Part shown: piece by piece, positions 1-9,949 of the stretch | How positions within the stretch are numbered: the first letter of the stretch is position 1 | How the letters are laid out: each line of letters begins with the position of its first letter | Assembly (NCBI GenBank): GCA_041751215.1 | Contig: JBGSXW010000002.1 | Location: 157,287-221,286, forward strand | Reading direction: 5' to 3' | Origin: Candidatus Saccharimonadales bacterium | GTDB lineage: Bacteria > Patescibacteriota > Saccharimonadia > Saccharimonadales > JBGSXW01 | Length of the DNA stretch: 64,000 bases | Made by a program: the position numbers and the translations under genes | The notes under the pieces: generated by a model | What the model was told of the DNA's origin: nothing | Databases searched by the model: none | Seen by the model: only the letters and a program-made list of their open reading frames with translations

Positions 1-1067
1 TTTGGCTCTTCGCGCTTGGTGTTGTCGCCGCTTAGGGATTCGATGTCAATTTCATAACCTGTTAGCTTGGATGCCAGGCGCACGTTTTGGCCGCTACGAC
101 CAATCGCAACAGATAGCTGATCTTCAGCCACTCTTACAGTGGCCTTCTTGTTCTTTTCGTCTAACACGACCTCTCCAACTTCGGTTGGTGACAGAGCGTT
201 GGTAATAAGAGTTTTTGAGTCTTCGCTAAACTGGATGATATCGATCTTTTCTTGGTCGCCAATTTCGCCCATGACTGCTTGAACTCTGGTGCCGTGACCA
301 CCAACAAAGGTGCCAACGGGGTCAACGCCAGGAACAGAAGATGCTACGGCCAGTTTTGTACGAACTCCGGCTTCGCGAGCAATCGTTTTGATCTCGACGG
401 CGCCGTTTTCCATCTCCGGAACTTCATTGCGGAACAAGTACTCAATGAACTCGGTGGTAGCGCGAGACAAAATCAGCTGAGGACCGCGCGTGCTTTTTTC
501 TACGTCCTTTAGAAAGACCTTGACGCGTGAGCCGGTTGAATAATGCTCACCAGGAATTTGTTCAGATGCCGGAATGATACCGGTGGCTTTGCCTAAGTCA
601 ACTCGAACAACTCGCGCCTCTACGCGTGAAACTATGCCGTTTAGAACTGTGCCGATCTTATCTTGATACTCACCTAACACAACTTCGCGTTCAGCCTCTC
701 TAAGCTTTTGTAAAATTACTTGCTTAGCTGTTTGAGCTGCCACGCGGCCAAATGATTCTGGCTTCTCGATTAGTTCGACTGTTTCGCCGACCTGCGCGTT
801 TTTTCGAACTAGCTGAGCGTCTTGAAGCGAAATTTCAACGTCGGGATCGGTAACCTCATCAACTACTTCTTTGCTAATAAACACCGTGACATCGCCAGTG
901 TTTAAGTTGAGGTCCGCTCGAACCTCTTGTTCTTTGTCTCCAAAATCTTTACGAAACGCTGCTGCGAGTGCTTGGGACACAATTTCTTCAACTGCATCTT
1001 CTGGTAAGTTTTTCTCTTCAGCAATCTGCTTGATTGCTAAAACCAATTGTTTGGTCTCTAAGTCCAT
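1..1067 (-). CDS. nusA: Transcription termination/antitermination factor NusA. It is partial: the start codon is at 1065-1067 and the C-terminus runs off the window edge.
   Basis: I translated the minus strand by hand: MDLETKQLVLAIKQIAEEKNLPEDAV... It has an S1-like region and a KH-domain signature (VAIGRSGQNVRLASKLTGYEIDIE). An AAGGAG RBS sits 6 nt upstream. It is absent from the ORF track because there is no in-window stop. Confidence 0.8.
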   Translation of the reverse strand, partial: MDLETKQLVLAIKQIAEEKNLPEDAVEEIVSQALAAAFRKDFGDKEQEVRADLNLNTGDVTVFISKEVVDEVTDPDVEISLQDAQLVRKNAQVGETVELIEKPESFGRVAAQTAKQVILQKLREAEREVVLGEYQDKIGTVLNGIVSRVEARVVRVDLGKATGIIPASEQIPGEHYSTGSRVKVFLKDVEKSTRGPQLILSRATTEFIEYLFRNEVPEMENGAVEIKTIAREAGVRTKLAVASSVPGVDPVGTFVGGHGTRVQAVMGEIGDQEKIDIIQFSEDSKTLITNALSPTEVGEVVLDEKNKKATVRVAEDQLSVAIGRSGQNVRLASKLTGYEIDIESLSGDNTKREEP

Positions 1068-1338
1068 TATTATCTCCTTGATTTTTCTTGGTTAGCTTGT
1101 TTAATTGGGTTCTTAAATTTGAGTTCTTAAATGAAAAATGTCGACCTTTTGGCCGACGAACTGAATGCAATTATAGCTTAGGTTCGCTGCCCACGCAAGG
1201 GGTGGTACAAATCATGAAACCGTCACACAGTTTCATTTCATACTAAAACCATCCTGGCTGGCTGCAAAAGACTCACTGCTCGAAAACGTATCATTTAGAT
1301 ATGTTTTCTCCCATTTCGTCATTTTCGCTCAACCTAGT

Positions 1339-3933
1339 ATGCTTTTATCAATGAAAGCAAACCATGAGACGGCTTCAACCCCAATGAAAAGTGTTCGCCG
1401 CTTGGCTAAAGAATATCGGCCAAAAAAGTACCAGCTCAATCTTTCGCTTTATCCTGACGAAATGAACTTTGCCGGAACCGTAAAAATCGAAGGCCATCTT
1501 GAAGACGCCAGGAGTGATATAACCCTCCACAGCAAGGACCTGAAAATTGTCTCAGTGAGCATTAACGGCAAAGACGCCAAGTTTAAACTAGATCCAGGCA
1601 ATGATCAGTTGATAGTTTTAAGCAACAAGCTGCTCAATGCTGGAAGTCAGCTGGTAGAGATAAAGTTTTCCGGAACAATCACCGATCCTATGAATGGGAT
1701 TTACCCGTGTCGTTTTAATTATCAGGGCCAGGCCCAGAAGCTGCTTGGCACTCAGTTTGAGTCACACCACGCCCGCGAAGCTTTTCCGTGTATTGATGAG
1801 CCGGCCGCTAAAGCAGTATTTGAGCTGACACTCAACACTCCTGCTGGCGAAACAGTCGTCGCCAACACTCCTATTAAGTCGCAGTCAACTAAGGACAAAC
1901 GACAAGTAACCGAGTTTGAACCCACACCAATTATGTCCAGCTACCTACTGGCATTTGTGGTTGGCAATGTTAAGTACCTAGAAGCAAAAACCAAGCGCGG
2001 AACCCTGGTTAGGACTTATGCGACCCCTGATAACTATAAGTTCACACAGTTCTCGCTAGACATGGCAGTTAAAACCCTAGAGTTCTTTGAAGATTACTTT
2101 AAGATTCCTTACCCACTAGCCAAGTGTGACTTTGTCGCACTGCCAGACTTTGCCGCCGGGGCAATGGAAAACTGGGGATGCATTACTTTCCGCGAAGCCG
2201 ATCTGTTAGTCGACCCAGAAAACACTAGCTTGCCACAAAAGGAACGAGTCGCGGTAGTAGTCGCCCACGAACTGGCTCATCAATGGTTTGGAAACTTGGT
2301 GACCATGGATTGGTGGAGTGACTTGTGGCTAAACGAAGGCTTTGCCAGCTGGATAGAATACCTCGCTGTTGACCATGAATTTCCGGAATGGAACATGTGG
2401 GCTCAGTTTGTAACAGAGGATCTTATTCGCGGCCAATCACTTGATGCCTTAGCTAATACCCACCCGGTTGAGGTTGAAATTCCCCACCCAGATGAAATCC
2501 GAAACATCTTTGATGCCATCAGCTACAGCAAGGGCGCAAGTGTTATTAGAATGCTTCATGCCTATTTAGGGCCAAAAGACTTTCAGCGCGGGCTACAAAC
2601 CTACCTTAATCGCTACAAGTACGCCAACGCCTCTACGGATGATTTATGGGCAACACTTGAAGAGGTCTCAAAGAAACCAGTTAGCGAGTTTATGTCGGCT
2701 TGGACAAAACAAGCTGGGTTTCCAGTTGTGCATGCTTCGCGCCGCAGCGATACCATAGACCTTAAACAAGAACGATTTTTCTTTAGCACTAGAGAACGCA
2801 AAAGCATGCAGGATAAAACGCTTTGGCCTGTCGCTATTAATGCAACAGACCGGGCCGATAACTTTACGCTCACCAAAGCCCACGATCGCTGGAAAATCGG
2901 TGATACTAACGCGGTTAAGTTAAACCGCGACCAAACTGGATTTTACATGGTTCGGTACGATGAATCTTGGCTTGATGAGCTGTCCGCAGGTATTAAAGCC
3001 GGTAGCCTTTCCGAAATAGATAGACTTGGTTTGTTAAGCGAAGCCTTTACGCTGGCAAAGGCCGGATATCTGCCGACGGTTTCGGCACTAAACCTGCTTG
3101 GATCTTTCACCCAAGAGTCATCCCTGCCAGTTTGGGAGATCATACTTGGTCAGCTCGGAAGCGTCCGACGTGTCATGGAAGACGATAAACTTAGAGAACT
3201 AATCAAACCTTATGTTGGTGAATTGGTTGCTAAGCAGCACGACCGTCTTGGCTGGAAAGAAAGCGACAGTGATAGTCACCAAGATAAAATTTTGCGACCA
3301 ATTATGTTAGGTCAGGCCAGTTTTGCTCAGAATCCTGATGTTGTAAAAGAATGTCTAGCGCGCTTTGACAAAATGAAGCAGCCCAGCGACGAGAACCCAG
3401 ACATTCGGCCTGTTGTTTATGGCACGGCTGCGCGCGAAGGTGACAGCAAAACCTACGACAAACTCTTTGAGTTTTATACTAAGAGCGACTCAGCACAGGA
3501 AAAGGGCATCTTAACCGGAGCACTTACTGGGTTTAAACAGCCTGAACTCGTCAAACGAGCCCTCGATACTATTAGGACTGATGAAGTTAGGCTGCAGGAT
3601 GTGCTGTATTGGACAGGCGGATTGTTTGCGAACCGACATGGCAAAAAGCAGGCCTGGGACTGGATGACAGACAATTGGGACTGGATAGAAGAAAAGTTTG
3701 GCAACGATATAATGATGATGACCGGATTCCCATTGCAAAGTGCGCGAGCGTTTACGAGTGAGGCCGACGCAAAACGATACGAAAAGTTCTTCTCAAAAGT
3801 TAACAAGGGCGGATTGGACCGACCAATCAAACAGGGTTTAGAGACAATACTCTGGCAAAGTGACTGGAAAAAGCGAGACGCGGCCGCAATTAATCAATTC
3901 TTTTCGAACTGGAAGCCTAAAGACTCTCAATAA
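1339..3933 (+). CDS. pepN: Aminopeptidase N (M1 family zinc metallopeptidase). The exact start is uncertain; alternative Met codons lie at 1351 and 1384.
   Basis: It has the GAMENWG exopeptidase motif and the HELAHQWFGNLVTMDWWSDLWLNEGFA HEXXH-(18)-E zinc site. At 864 aa it is typical of PepN. Confidence 0.9.
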   Translation: MLLSMKANHETASTPMKSVRRLAKEYRPKKYQLNLSLYPDEMNFAGTVKIEGHLEDARSDITLHSKDLKIVSVSINGKDAKFKLDPGNDQLIVLSNKLLNAGSQLVEIKFSGTITDPMNGIYPCRFNYQGQAQKLLGTQFESHHAREAFPCIDEPAAKAVFELTLNTPAGETVVANTPIKSQSTKDKRQVTEFEPTPIMSSYLLAFVVGNVKYLEAKTKRGTLVRTYATPDNYKFTQFSLDMAVKTLEFFEDYFKIPYPLAKCDFVALPDFAAGAMENWGCITFREADLLVDPENTSLPQKERVAVVVAHELAHQWFGNLVTMDWWSDLWLNEGFASWIEYLAVDHEFPEWNMWAQFVTEDLIRGQSLDALANTHPVEVEIPHPDEIRNIFDAISYSKGASVIRMLHAYLGPKDFQRGLQTYLNRYKYANASTDDLWATLEEVSKKPVSEFMSAWTKQAGFPVVHASRRSDTIDLKQERFFFSTRERKSMQDKTLWPVAINATDRADNFTLTKAHDRWKIGDTNAVKLNRDQTGFYMVRYDESWLDELSAGIKAGSLSEIDRLGLLSEAFTLAKAGYLPTVSALNLLGSFTQESSLPVWEIILGQLGSVRRVMEDDKLRELIKPYVGELVAKQHDRLGWKESDSDSHQDKILRPIMLGQASFAQNPDVVKECLARFDKMKQPSDENPDIRPVVYGTAAREGDSKTYDKLFEFYTKSDSAQEKGILTGALTGFKQPELVKRALDTIRTDEVRLQDVLYWTGGLFANRHGKKQAWDWMTDNWDWIEEKFGNDIMMMTGFPLQSARAFTSEADAKRYEKFFSKVNKGGLDRPIKQGLETILWQSDWKKRDAAAINQFFSNWKPKDSQ

Positions 3934-4255
3934 AATCAGTAACCTCTAGGTTTTTGCCAGAAACCTCTAGCGCACTGAGCACAAAATCACCGCCCCATTG
4001 GTTGGTTGCGACCCAGTGCTTGGCTGCAAACTCCATCTGGTTCAGCTTTTTGGGCGTAATGTAATCGAGCCCGCCGCCCTGCTCAGAGGTTCGACGATAC
4101 TTAACTTCTACAAAGTAGATGGTTTGCTTCTTCCTAACGATGACATCAATCTCGCAAAAACGAGTTTGCCAGTTTTTCTCAATCAGCTTAAAGCCTTGTT
4201 CCTTAAGCCAATCAGCCGCCTTAGCTTCTGCGGCATGTCCGAGTGCGGTACTCAC
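3917..4255 (-). CDS. YraN/UPF0102 family endonuclease-like protein
   Basis: It is 112 aa with the EIDVIVRK...YFVEVKYRR restriction-endonuclease-like core typical of UPF0102. Its 3' end overlaps the pepN 3' end convergently by 17 nt. Confidence 0.7.
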   Translation of the reverse strand: MSTALGHAAEAKAADWLKEQGFKLIEKNWQTRFCEIDVIVRKKQTIYFVEVKYRRTSEQGGGLDYITPKKLNQMEFAAKHWVATNQWGGDFVLSALEVSGKNLEVTDFIESL

Positions 4256-4809
4256 TAGCTCATCGAGGCCATCGGCTTAAAGCTCTGTCGGTGCAGTTTA
4301 CAAGTTCCTAGCTTTAACAAGGCCCGGCTATGTTCGGCGGTTCCGTAGCCAACGTGATTCTCAAAGCCGTAGTCCGGGTGATCTTTTGCAAGATCGATCA
4401 TGATCTGGTCGCGCCTAACCTTGGCATAAATACTAGCCGCACTAACGATTGGAAATTTTGCGTCAGCCTTAACCACGCACTCGATGTTTAAGTATTCTGC
4501 AGCGCAGTAGTTGACACTCCCGTCCATCACAATTGGCTCATTAAAGCTTGCTTGTATCTCACTCAGTGAGCGGGATACTCCTAGTTTCATGGCTTCACTT
4601 AATCCGAGTCGGTCAATCTCTTCGGGCTGCACCCAGCCTTCCCCGAACTGACAACTTGCAATCAGAGAGTCCATGAGCTCTAGCCTCTGCTTTCTTGATA
4701 GCACCTTAGAGTCCCTTAGACCCGGGGGTAGATCGGCCTTGTCGCGAGCAGCCACAACCAGCAGCGGACCGGCCCAGCACCCTCTTCCTACTTCATCTAT
4801 CCCTATCAT
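4255..4809 (-). CDS. rnhB: Ribonuclease HII
   Basis: The N-terminus MIGIDEVGRGCWAGPLLVVAA is the RNase HII catalytic DEDD start. It is 184 aa. Confidence 0.88.
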   Translation of the reverse strand: MIGIDEVGRGCWAGPLLVVAARDKADLPPGLRDSKVLSRKQRLELMDSLIASCQFGEGWVQPEEIDRLGLSEAMKLGVSRSLSEIQASFNEPIVMDGSVNYCAAEYLNIECVVKADAKFPIVSAASIYAKVRRDQIMIDLAKDHPDYGFENHVGYGTAEHSRALLKLGTCKLHRQSFKPMASMS

Positions 4810-4821
4810 CTTTTAATCATA

Positions 4822-4845
4822 GCAAAAGGCCCGGACACCCGGGCC
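4822..4845 (-). terminator. Rho-independent terminator downstream of rplS
   Basis: On the minus strand the sequence reads GGCCCGGgtgtCCGGGCC followed by TTTT, 26 nt after the rplS stop. Confidence 0.6.
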
Positions 4846-4870
4846 TCTAACAAAACTTTTTAATTTGGCT

Positions 4871-5377
4871 TTAAGCTTTTTCTTCGGATTCAGCTTTTAC
4901 TTCTTCTACGGGCTTTGATTCCTCGGGCTTAGCTTCTGGCTCCTGGGTCTCAGTTGTTTCTGGCGACTCTTCAACAACTGCTTCGGCTTTGGTTGGTTCT
5001 TCTTCTGAAACGTTTACGGCGTCTTTGTCAAAAGCTACGCTTTCTAGTCGAGCAGACTTACCGCTGCGCTGACGCATGTAGCTTAAGTACTTGCGACGAA
5101 CCTTGCTGCGCTTGATGACTTCGATCTTAACTACAAGCGGAGAGTGCATCATGAAAGTTCGCTCAACTCCAACCCCGCTCGCAATTCTGCGAACAGTGAT
5201 AGTAGCAGTGTGTGAATTTAGGCGCCGAGTTCGGATAACTAAGCCCTCGAACATCTGGATTCGCTCTTTGCTGCCTTCTTTAACTTTTTGGTGTACACGA
5301 ACGGTATCACCAGATCTAACATCGGCAACAGATTTCTTCATTTGGTCTTTGGCTACAGCCTCTAGAGGTGTCAACAT
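4871..5377 (-). CDS. rplS: 50S ribosomal protein L19 with an acidic/lysine-rich C-terminal extension of about 55 aa
   Basis: The L19 core (GDTVRVHQKVKEGSKERIQMFEGLVIRTR... KRSKVRRKYLSYMRQRSGK) is followed by KAEAVVEESPETTETQEPEAKPEESKPVEEVKAESEEKA. Confidence 0.88.
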   Translation of the reverse strand: MLTPLEAVAKDQMKKSVADVRSGDTVRVHQKVKEGSKERIQMFEGLVIRTRRLNSHTATITVRRIASGVGVERTFMMHSPLVVKIEVIKRSKVRRKYLSYMRQRSGKSARLESVAFDKDAVNVSEEEPTKAEAVVEESPETTETQEPEAKPEESKPVEEVKAESEEKA

Positions 5378-5444
5378 ATCTGGGCTAATCTATCACATCG
5401 TCACCCCTGATGCAAGTATCTAGACTATGCTATTGTAGATAGCG

Positions 5445-6581
5445 ATGAGTGACGTTAAAGAAAAGGCCATGGATCTGCACCGCAAGCTTAAGGGTAAATT
5501 GAGTGTTAATGCTCGCCAACCAATTACCTCAAAGGAAGACCTAAGCCTGTACTATACCCCAGGAGTAGGAGCGGTCTCAGACTACATCGCCAAGCATCCA
5601 GAAGAAGCTAGAAACTTAACTGGGCTAAACAACAGTGTAGCTATAGTTTCTGACGGCTCGGCGGTTCTGGGCCTAGGAAATATTGGCCCACAGGCTGGAC
5701 TGCCCGTAATGGAAGGGAAGGCCTTGTTGTTCAAGCAGTTTGCCGACATTGACGGCTACCCTATCGTGATTAATTCCCACACGGCTGATGACATTGTAAA
5801 AACGGTTGAAGCCATAGCGCCTAGCTTTGGCGGAATTAACCTCGAGGACATTGCCGCACCGATTTGCTTTGAAGTTGAAGACAGATTAAAGAAATCTCTC
5901 GATATCCCGGTAATGCACGATGATCAGCACGGCACCGCTGTAGTTGTGCTAGCGGGTTTAATCAATGCTTTTAAAATAACTGGGCGCAGTTTTGATGACA
6001 CCAAGTTTGTAATTGTGGGTTCTGGCGCTGCCGGAACAGCCATAGCGAAGCTTCTAAAAAAATATGGAGCCAATGAACTGCTGATAGTAGATAGTAAGGG
6101 TACTTTGGCTCAAGACCGCGCCGACCTAAACGAGCAAAAGCAGCAGCTATTATCACTAGTGGGCGGGCCCGATCAAAGTACAGATCTCTCAGGCGCTCTT
6201 AAAGATGCCGACGTTTTTGTTGGTGTGTCTAAAGCTAACTTACTTACTGAGGCTCACGTCAAGTCGATGAACAAAGATCCAATCATATTTGCCATGGCAA
6301 ACCCCGACCCAGAGATTTTGCCCAGCGTCGCTTTGTCGGCTGGAGCAGCAGTTGTTGCAACCGGACGAAGTGACTTTCCGAATCAGGTTAACAATGCCCT
6401 GGCCTTTCCGGGCATCTTCCGCGGCGCACTGGACAACCAAGTTAGCGCCATCACCGACGATCACAAGATAAAGGCAGCTGAGGCAATTGCCGGCCTCATT
6501 AGCAATCCCACACCGGAAGAAATCATACCTGACGTGTTTGACGACCGACTAGTTGCGGCTATCGCCAAAGAGATCGTTTAG
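5445..6581 (+). CDS. NAD(P)-dependent malic enzyme (short MaeB-type malate dehydrogenase, decarboxylating)
   Basis: It is 378 aa with [10 protein letters not shown], a [13 protein letters not shown] Rossmann motif and ANPDPEI, all typical of the malic enzyme family. Confidence 0.8.
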   Translation: MSDVKEKAMDLHRKLKGKLSVNARQPITSKEDLSLYYTPGVGAVSDYIAKHPEEARNLTGLNNSVAIVSDGSAVLGLGNIGPQAGLPVMEGKALLFKQFADIDGYPIVINSHTADDIVKTVEAIAPSFGGINLEDIAAPICFEVEDRLKKSLDIPVMHDDQHGTAVVVLAGLINAFKITGRSFDDTKFVIVGSGAAGTAIAKLLKKYGANELLIVDSKGTLAQDRADLNEQKQQLLSLVGGPDQSTDLSGALKDADVFVGVSKANLLTEAHVKSMNKDPIIFAMANPDPEILPSVALSAGAAVVATGRSDFPNQVNNALAFPGIFRGALDNQVSAITDDHKIKAAEAIAGLISNPTPEEIIPDVFDDRLVAAIAKEIV

Positions 6582-6582
6582 T

Positions 6583-8223
6583 TTAGCCAACGACCCTGTA
6601 AACTTCGGCTAAGCTGGTAGTGCCGTTAGCAGCTTTGATAATTCCGTCTTGGAGCATGGTGACCATTCCGTCTTTGCGGGCTTGCTCAGCAAACAAATCG
6701 GCTGTGACCTCGCGTGCGGGTCGGCGCAGCATGTCTCGCAGTCCATCGCTCATTGTAAGCAGCTCAGTAACGGCTGTTTGTCCAACATACCCAAACGGAG
6801 TATCAGGGGTAATCTTAGGCTTTTGCAAATTCGATTCGCGCAGGTTGGGGCGATTGTAGCCTTCGGGCAAAGAGTCCATCTCTTTTTGAGCTAGCGCCAG
6901 TACATGTTCATCTGGGCTGTCGGGCTCGCGCTGACTCTCGTTAAAAGTACGGACCAGTCTTTGAGCTATAACTAAACGAATAGCAGAGGCAAACAAAGGG
7001 TTTTCTCCGACCATGTCTAGTAGACGGCTTAAGGCCGAGGGTGCATCGTTAGCATGAAAGGTAGTTAAAACTAAGTGACCACTTAAGCTGGCTTGCAAGG
7101 CTGCCTTTGCAGTATCGATGTCGCGAATCTCGCCGACCATAACTACGTCTGGGTCTAAGCGTAAAATCGATCGGAGCTTATCGGCAAAGTGTTCGTCCTT
7201 GTTGGTGTTAACCGGTATCTGCACCACCCCAGGCAAGTGATACTCAACTGGATCCTCAAGCGTGATGATTTTTTTGTCTGGGGTATTAAGCGCACTCAAG
7301 ATCGAGTACAGCGTGGTAGTTTTACCTGATCCAGTTGGTCCAACGCTCATCACTAGTCCGGTCGGGTGAGCAACAACTTCATCAACTAGTTTCCGTTGCC
7401 GCTCGTCTAGGCCTAGGTTCTCTAGCTTAAGCAAGTCCTTATCTAACGTAAAGACACGAAGCACAACATCTTGGCCATGGATGGTAGGAATAGTTTCAAC
7501 TCGCATGTTTATCACCGGATCTGAGCCCTCTGGTGGATTCGGAAGCTTAAACTCAACATGACCAGTCTGAGAGGCCGTTGCCTCAACAGAAACGTTGGCG
7601 GCGATCGCAATTGAGGACATCAGCTGCCTAAACTTATCGCGGTTAAGACGGGCGATCTCGTGCATAACACCGTCAACCCTAAATCGAATCCGAACATCTT
7701 CGTCGGCATTTTCAAGGTGAATGTCGGATGCTCCAAGTTTTTGCGCCTGAGTAACCAAGTAGGAAAACATGTCATCTGCTCGCACTTGATCTAGCTGGGC
7801 ACTAACTTCGCTGACACTCGATTGCTGCTGGTCTGGTTTGATATCGATGTCTTGGTAGTGAACTTCTTTAGGCGGATCGTACATGCGCATGAAGTCCCGG
7901 AAGGCAACGTCAGATATTAGCCTGAATTCGACATTATAATCAGAGAAACGGTTTTTTAGCTCGTTCATACTTCTTTGACCGGTTCTGGTGGTAACCCCAA
8001 TAATCATGCTTCCGGCCTGAGCCTGCAAAATGACCGCATGCATTTGATACATGTCGGCATTGGAAAGTAGCTCGAACTTCGGTAGCTCAGGATAAGTCCG
8101 TACATCCATGTATGGCAGGTTTAGAAGGCCCGCTCTGGTTTGAGTGGCCTGCTCGTCTTTTTGGCGCTGATCTATTTCATCATTCATCTTTGACTGGCAT
8201 TGTACACCAAAGCATGAGCACAA
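6583..8223 (-). CDS. pilB: Type IV pilus assembly / type II secretion ATPase (PilB/GspE family). The likely true start is near 8187 (MNDEIDQ).
   Basis: It has the GPTGSGKTTTLYS Walker A motif, a GspE N-terminal region and the conserved Asp/His boxes (VGEIRD, LSGHLVLTTFHAN). Confidence 0.85.
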   Translation of the reverse strand: MCSCFGVQCQSKMNDEIDQRQKDEQATQTRAGLLNLPYMDVRTYPELPKFELLSNADMYQMHAVILQAQAGSMIIGVTTRTGQRSMNELKNRFSDYNVEFRLISDVAFRDFMRMYDPPKEVHYQDIDIKPDQQQSSVSEVSAQLDQVRADDMFSYLVTQAQKLGASDIHLENADEDVRIRFRVDGVMHEIARLNRDKFRQLMSSIAIAANVSVEATASQTGHVEFKLPNPPEGSDPVINMRVETIPTIHGQDVVLRVFTLDKDLLKLENLGLDERQRKLVDEVVAHPTGLVMSVGPTGSGKTTTLYSILSALNTPDKKIITLEDPVEYHLPGVVQIPVNTNKDEHFADKLRSILRLDPDVVMVGEIRDIDTAKAALQASLSGHLVLTTFHANDAPSALSRLLDMVGENPLFASAIRLVIAQRLVRTFNESQREPDSPDEHVLALAQKEMDSLPEGYNRPNLRESNLQKPKITPDTPFGYVGQTAVTELLTMSDGLRDMLRRPAREVTADLFAEQARKDGMVTMLQDGIIKAANGTTSLAEVYRVVG

Positions 8224-8255
8224 TACAGAGGTATCCTCGGGTTAAATAGTGTACG

Positions 8256-8762
8256 ATGGCAACTATGAAACTAATCATCGTGCTCGACAATGTTCGCAGC
8301 ACTCACAATGTCGGATCCATTATCAGAACCGCCGCCGGACTTGGAGCAGAAGAGGTCTGGTGTTGTGGAATCACTCCCTACCCACAACTGGCAGCCGACA
8401 CTCGCATGTTTCACATTGCGGCGCGCGCTGATAAACAAATTGCCAAAACAGCTCTAGGAGCTGAAAAAATTGTTCCAGTTAGGGTTTTTAGCACAACTGG
8501 CGAAGCCCTAGAGCAGGCTAAGGAAAATCACTACCAGGTTTGGGCACTAGAACAATCTAGCGAATCGCAAAACTTGCAAAAGGTAGAACCACCAAGCCAC
8601 TTAGCTCTGGTTGTTGGGCACGAGCGCGACGGAGTTGCTCTGAGTGAACTGGAATCCTTGATTGATCGAGTAATCGAGATCCCAATGACTGAAAACAAGG
8701 AATCACTAAACGTGAGTGTGGCTGCAGCAATTGCCATCTACCACTTTCTTGCAAAAAACTAG
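8256..8762 (+). CDS. SpoU/TrmH family RNA 2'-O-methyltransferase
   Basis: It is 168 aa with VLDNVRSTHNVGSIIRTAAG, ALVVGHERDGV and SLNVSVAAAIAIY, the SPOUT class motifs. Confidence 0.75.
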   Translation: MATMKLIIVLDNVRSTHNVGSIIRTAAGLGAEEVWCCGITPYPQLAADTRMFHIAARADKQIAKTALGAEKIVPVRVFSTTGEALEQAKENHYQVWALEQSSESQNLQKVEPPSHLALVVGHERDGVALSELESLIDRVIEIPMTENKESLNVSVAAAIAIYHFLAKN

Positions 8763-8801
8763 CATAAGTATTGTTGTTGTCTATAACGCTTCTTGCTATA
8801 A

Positions 8802-9947
8802 TTGTTAAGGTTAATTGCAAAACAAAATATGGTTAAGAAACACTTAAAAGCAACCCTGATTCCCCACGCAGGAAATAAATACAAACCCCACCTAATTAGG
8901 CACTGGGGCTTAATCGCGGTTATGGTGCTTGTACTGGGCGCCCAGGGTATCTATAACTATCAGACGACTGGGACTTTTAACGTCTTAGCTTACGCCACAA
9001 ATGTTAATGCTGGCGACCTTTTGAGTCTTACCAACCAACAGAGGGCGGCCGCTGGCGTGGGTTCTTTGTCTTATAACGGCAAACTTACTTCGGCAGCACA
9101 GTCCAAGGCCAACCACATGATTGCCAATAACTACTGGGCACACACCTCGCCGTCTGGCGTCACTCCTTGGCACTTTATTAATCAAGCTGGGTACAATTAC
9201 GTAAAAGCCGGTGAAAACCTGGCTTATGGATTCTCTAGCAGCAGCGGTGTTGTAAATGGCTGGATGAACAGCGCCAGCCACCGAGCGAACATGCTTGATT
9301 CTAAGTTTAAAGATGCTGGATTTGGCATGGCCAACGGGGCTAACTATCAGGGCGGACAAAACACGGTTGTGGTCGCAATGTACGGTCAACCGGTCGCTAG
9401 TTCTGGCGGCGGCGGAGGTGGAGGAGGCGGTGGGGGTGGTTCATCCGCCGGCCAAAACAACAACTCTGGTAATCCTGCGCCGACGCCTGTAGCCAACTCC
9501 GAAACTCCGAGTAACTCGGGCGCGCCAACTAACCCTACTCCTGTTGCAAACAATAAGAAAAAGACCAACAAGCCTGTAGAAAAAGCTGATAAGCCCGCTC
9601 CTGCCGAAAAAGAAGCTGTTCCAACCCAACAATTACAGTTTTCGAAGTTAAAGGATAGCTCGGTGGAAGTTGTAGCTGGCACGTCGGACACCAATGCTGT
9701 TGGTACTTCTTCTAACGTCAATTTATTTGGCGCACTGGTTGCCGGAGATGCTTCATGGTCCCACTACGTAACAATGATCGCTTTAATGTCGGTTGGCTTA
9801 GTGTTTGCGCTGCGCCACCTAGCCGCCATCCGAGCAGCAATTCTCCACGGTGAGCACTATGTCATTGGCCACCCGATGCTTGAAGCCGGGCTGGTTTACG
9901 GTGGAATTTGGTTAATCTTAGTGAGTACTTATGGAACGGTGCTTTAG
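8802..9947 (+). CDS. Membrane-anchored CAP (CRISP/Ag5/PR-1, YkwD-like) domain protein with a poly-Gly linker and C-terminal TM helices. The likely start is at 8829 (MVKKHL).
   Basis: The CAP motifs are NYWAHTSPSG, GENLAYGF and GWMNSASHRANML. It has an N-terminal signal anchor, a G12 run, a Pro/Thr-rich stalk and two predicted C-terminal TM helices. Confidence 0.7.
   Translation: MLRLIAKQNMVKKHLKATLIPHAGNKYKPHLIRHWGLIAVMVLVLGAQGIYNYQTTGTFNVLAYATNVNAGDLLSLTNQQRAAAGVGSLSYNGKLTSAAQSKANHMIANNYWAHTSPSGVTPWHFINQAGYNYVKAGENLAYGFSSSSGVVNGWMNSASHRANMLDSKFKDAGFGMANGANYQGGQNTVVVAMYGQPVASSGGGGGGGGGGGGSSAGQNNNSGNPAPTPVANSETPSNSGAPTNPTPVANNKKKTNKPVEKADKPAPAEKEAVPTQQLQFSKLKDSSVEVVAGTSDTNAVGTSSNVNLFGALVAGDASWSHYVTMIALMSVGLVFALRHLAAIRAAILHGEHYVIGHPMLEAGLVYGGIWLILVSTYGTVL
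9405..9440 (+). repeat. Run of 12 consecutive Gly codons (GGN, low-complexity linker) inside the CAP protein
   Basis: The sequence is ggcggcggcggaggtggaggaggcggtgggggtggt. The codons are heterogeneous rather than a pure homopolymer. Confidence 0.9.
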
Positions 9948-9949
9948 CT

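Noticed and set aside
2613-3830. Several 60-120 aa ORFs antisense to pepN (2613..2876, 2668..2883, 2943..3143, 3474..3830, 3511..3738)
   Set aside because: They lie entirely inside a well-supported long CDS on the opposite strand, have low-complexity composition and no RBS. They are typical shadow ORFs. The same reasoning applies to the antisense ORFs inside dnaE, gatA, uvrB, trxB, ndh, pheT, the 543-aa gene and elsewhere in the track.
9405-9440. Poly-Gly codon run as a phase-variable simple sequence repeat
   Set aside because: The codons are a mixture of GGC/GGA/GGT/GGG rather than a pure mono-, di- or trinucleotide repeat, so slipped-strand mispairing is unlikely. It is more likely just a flexible linker.
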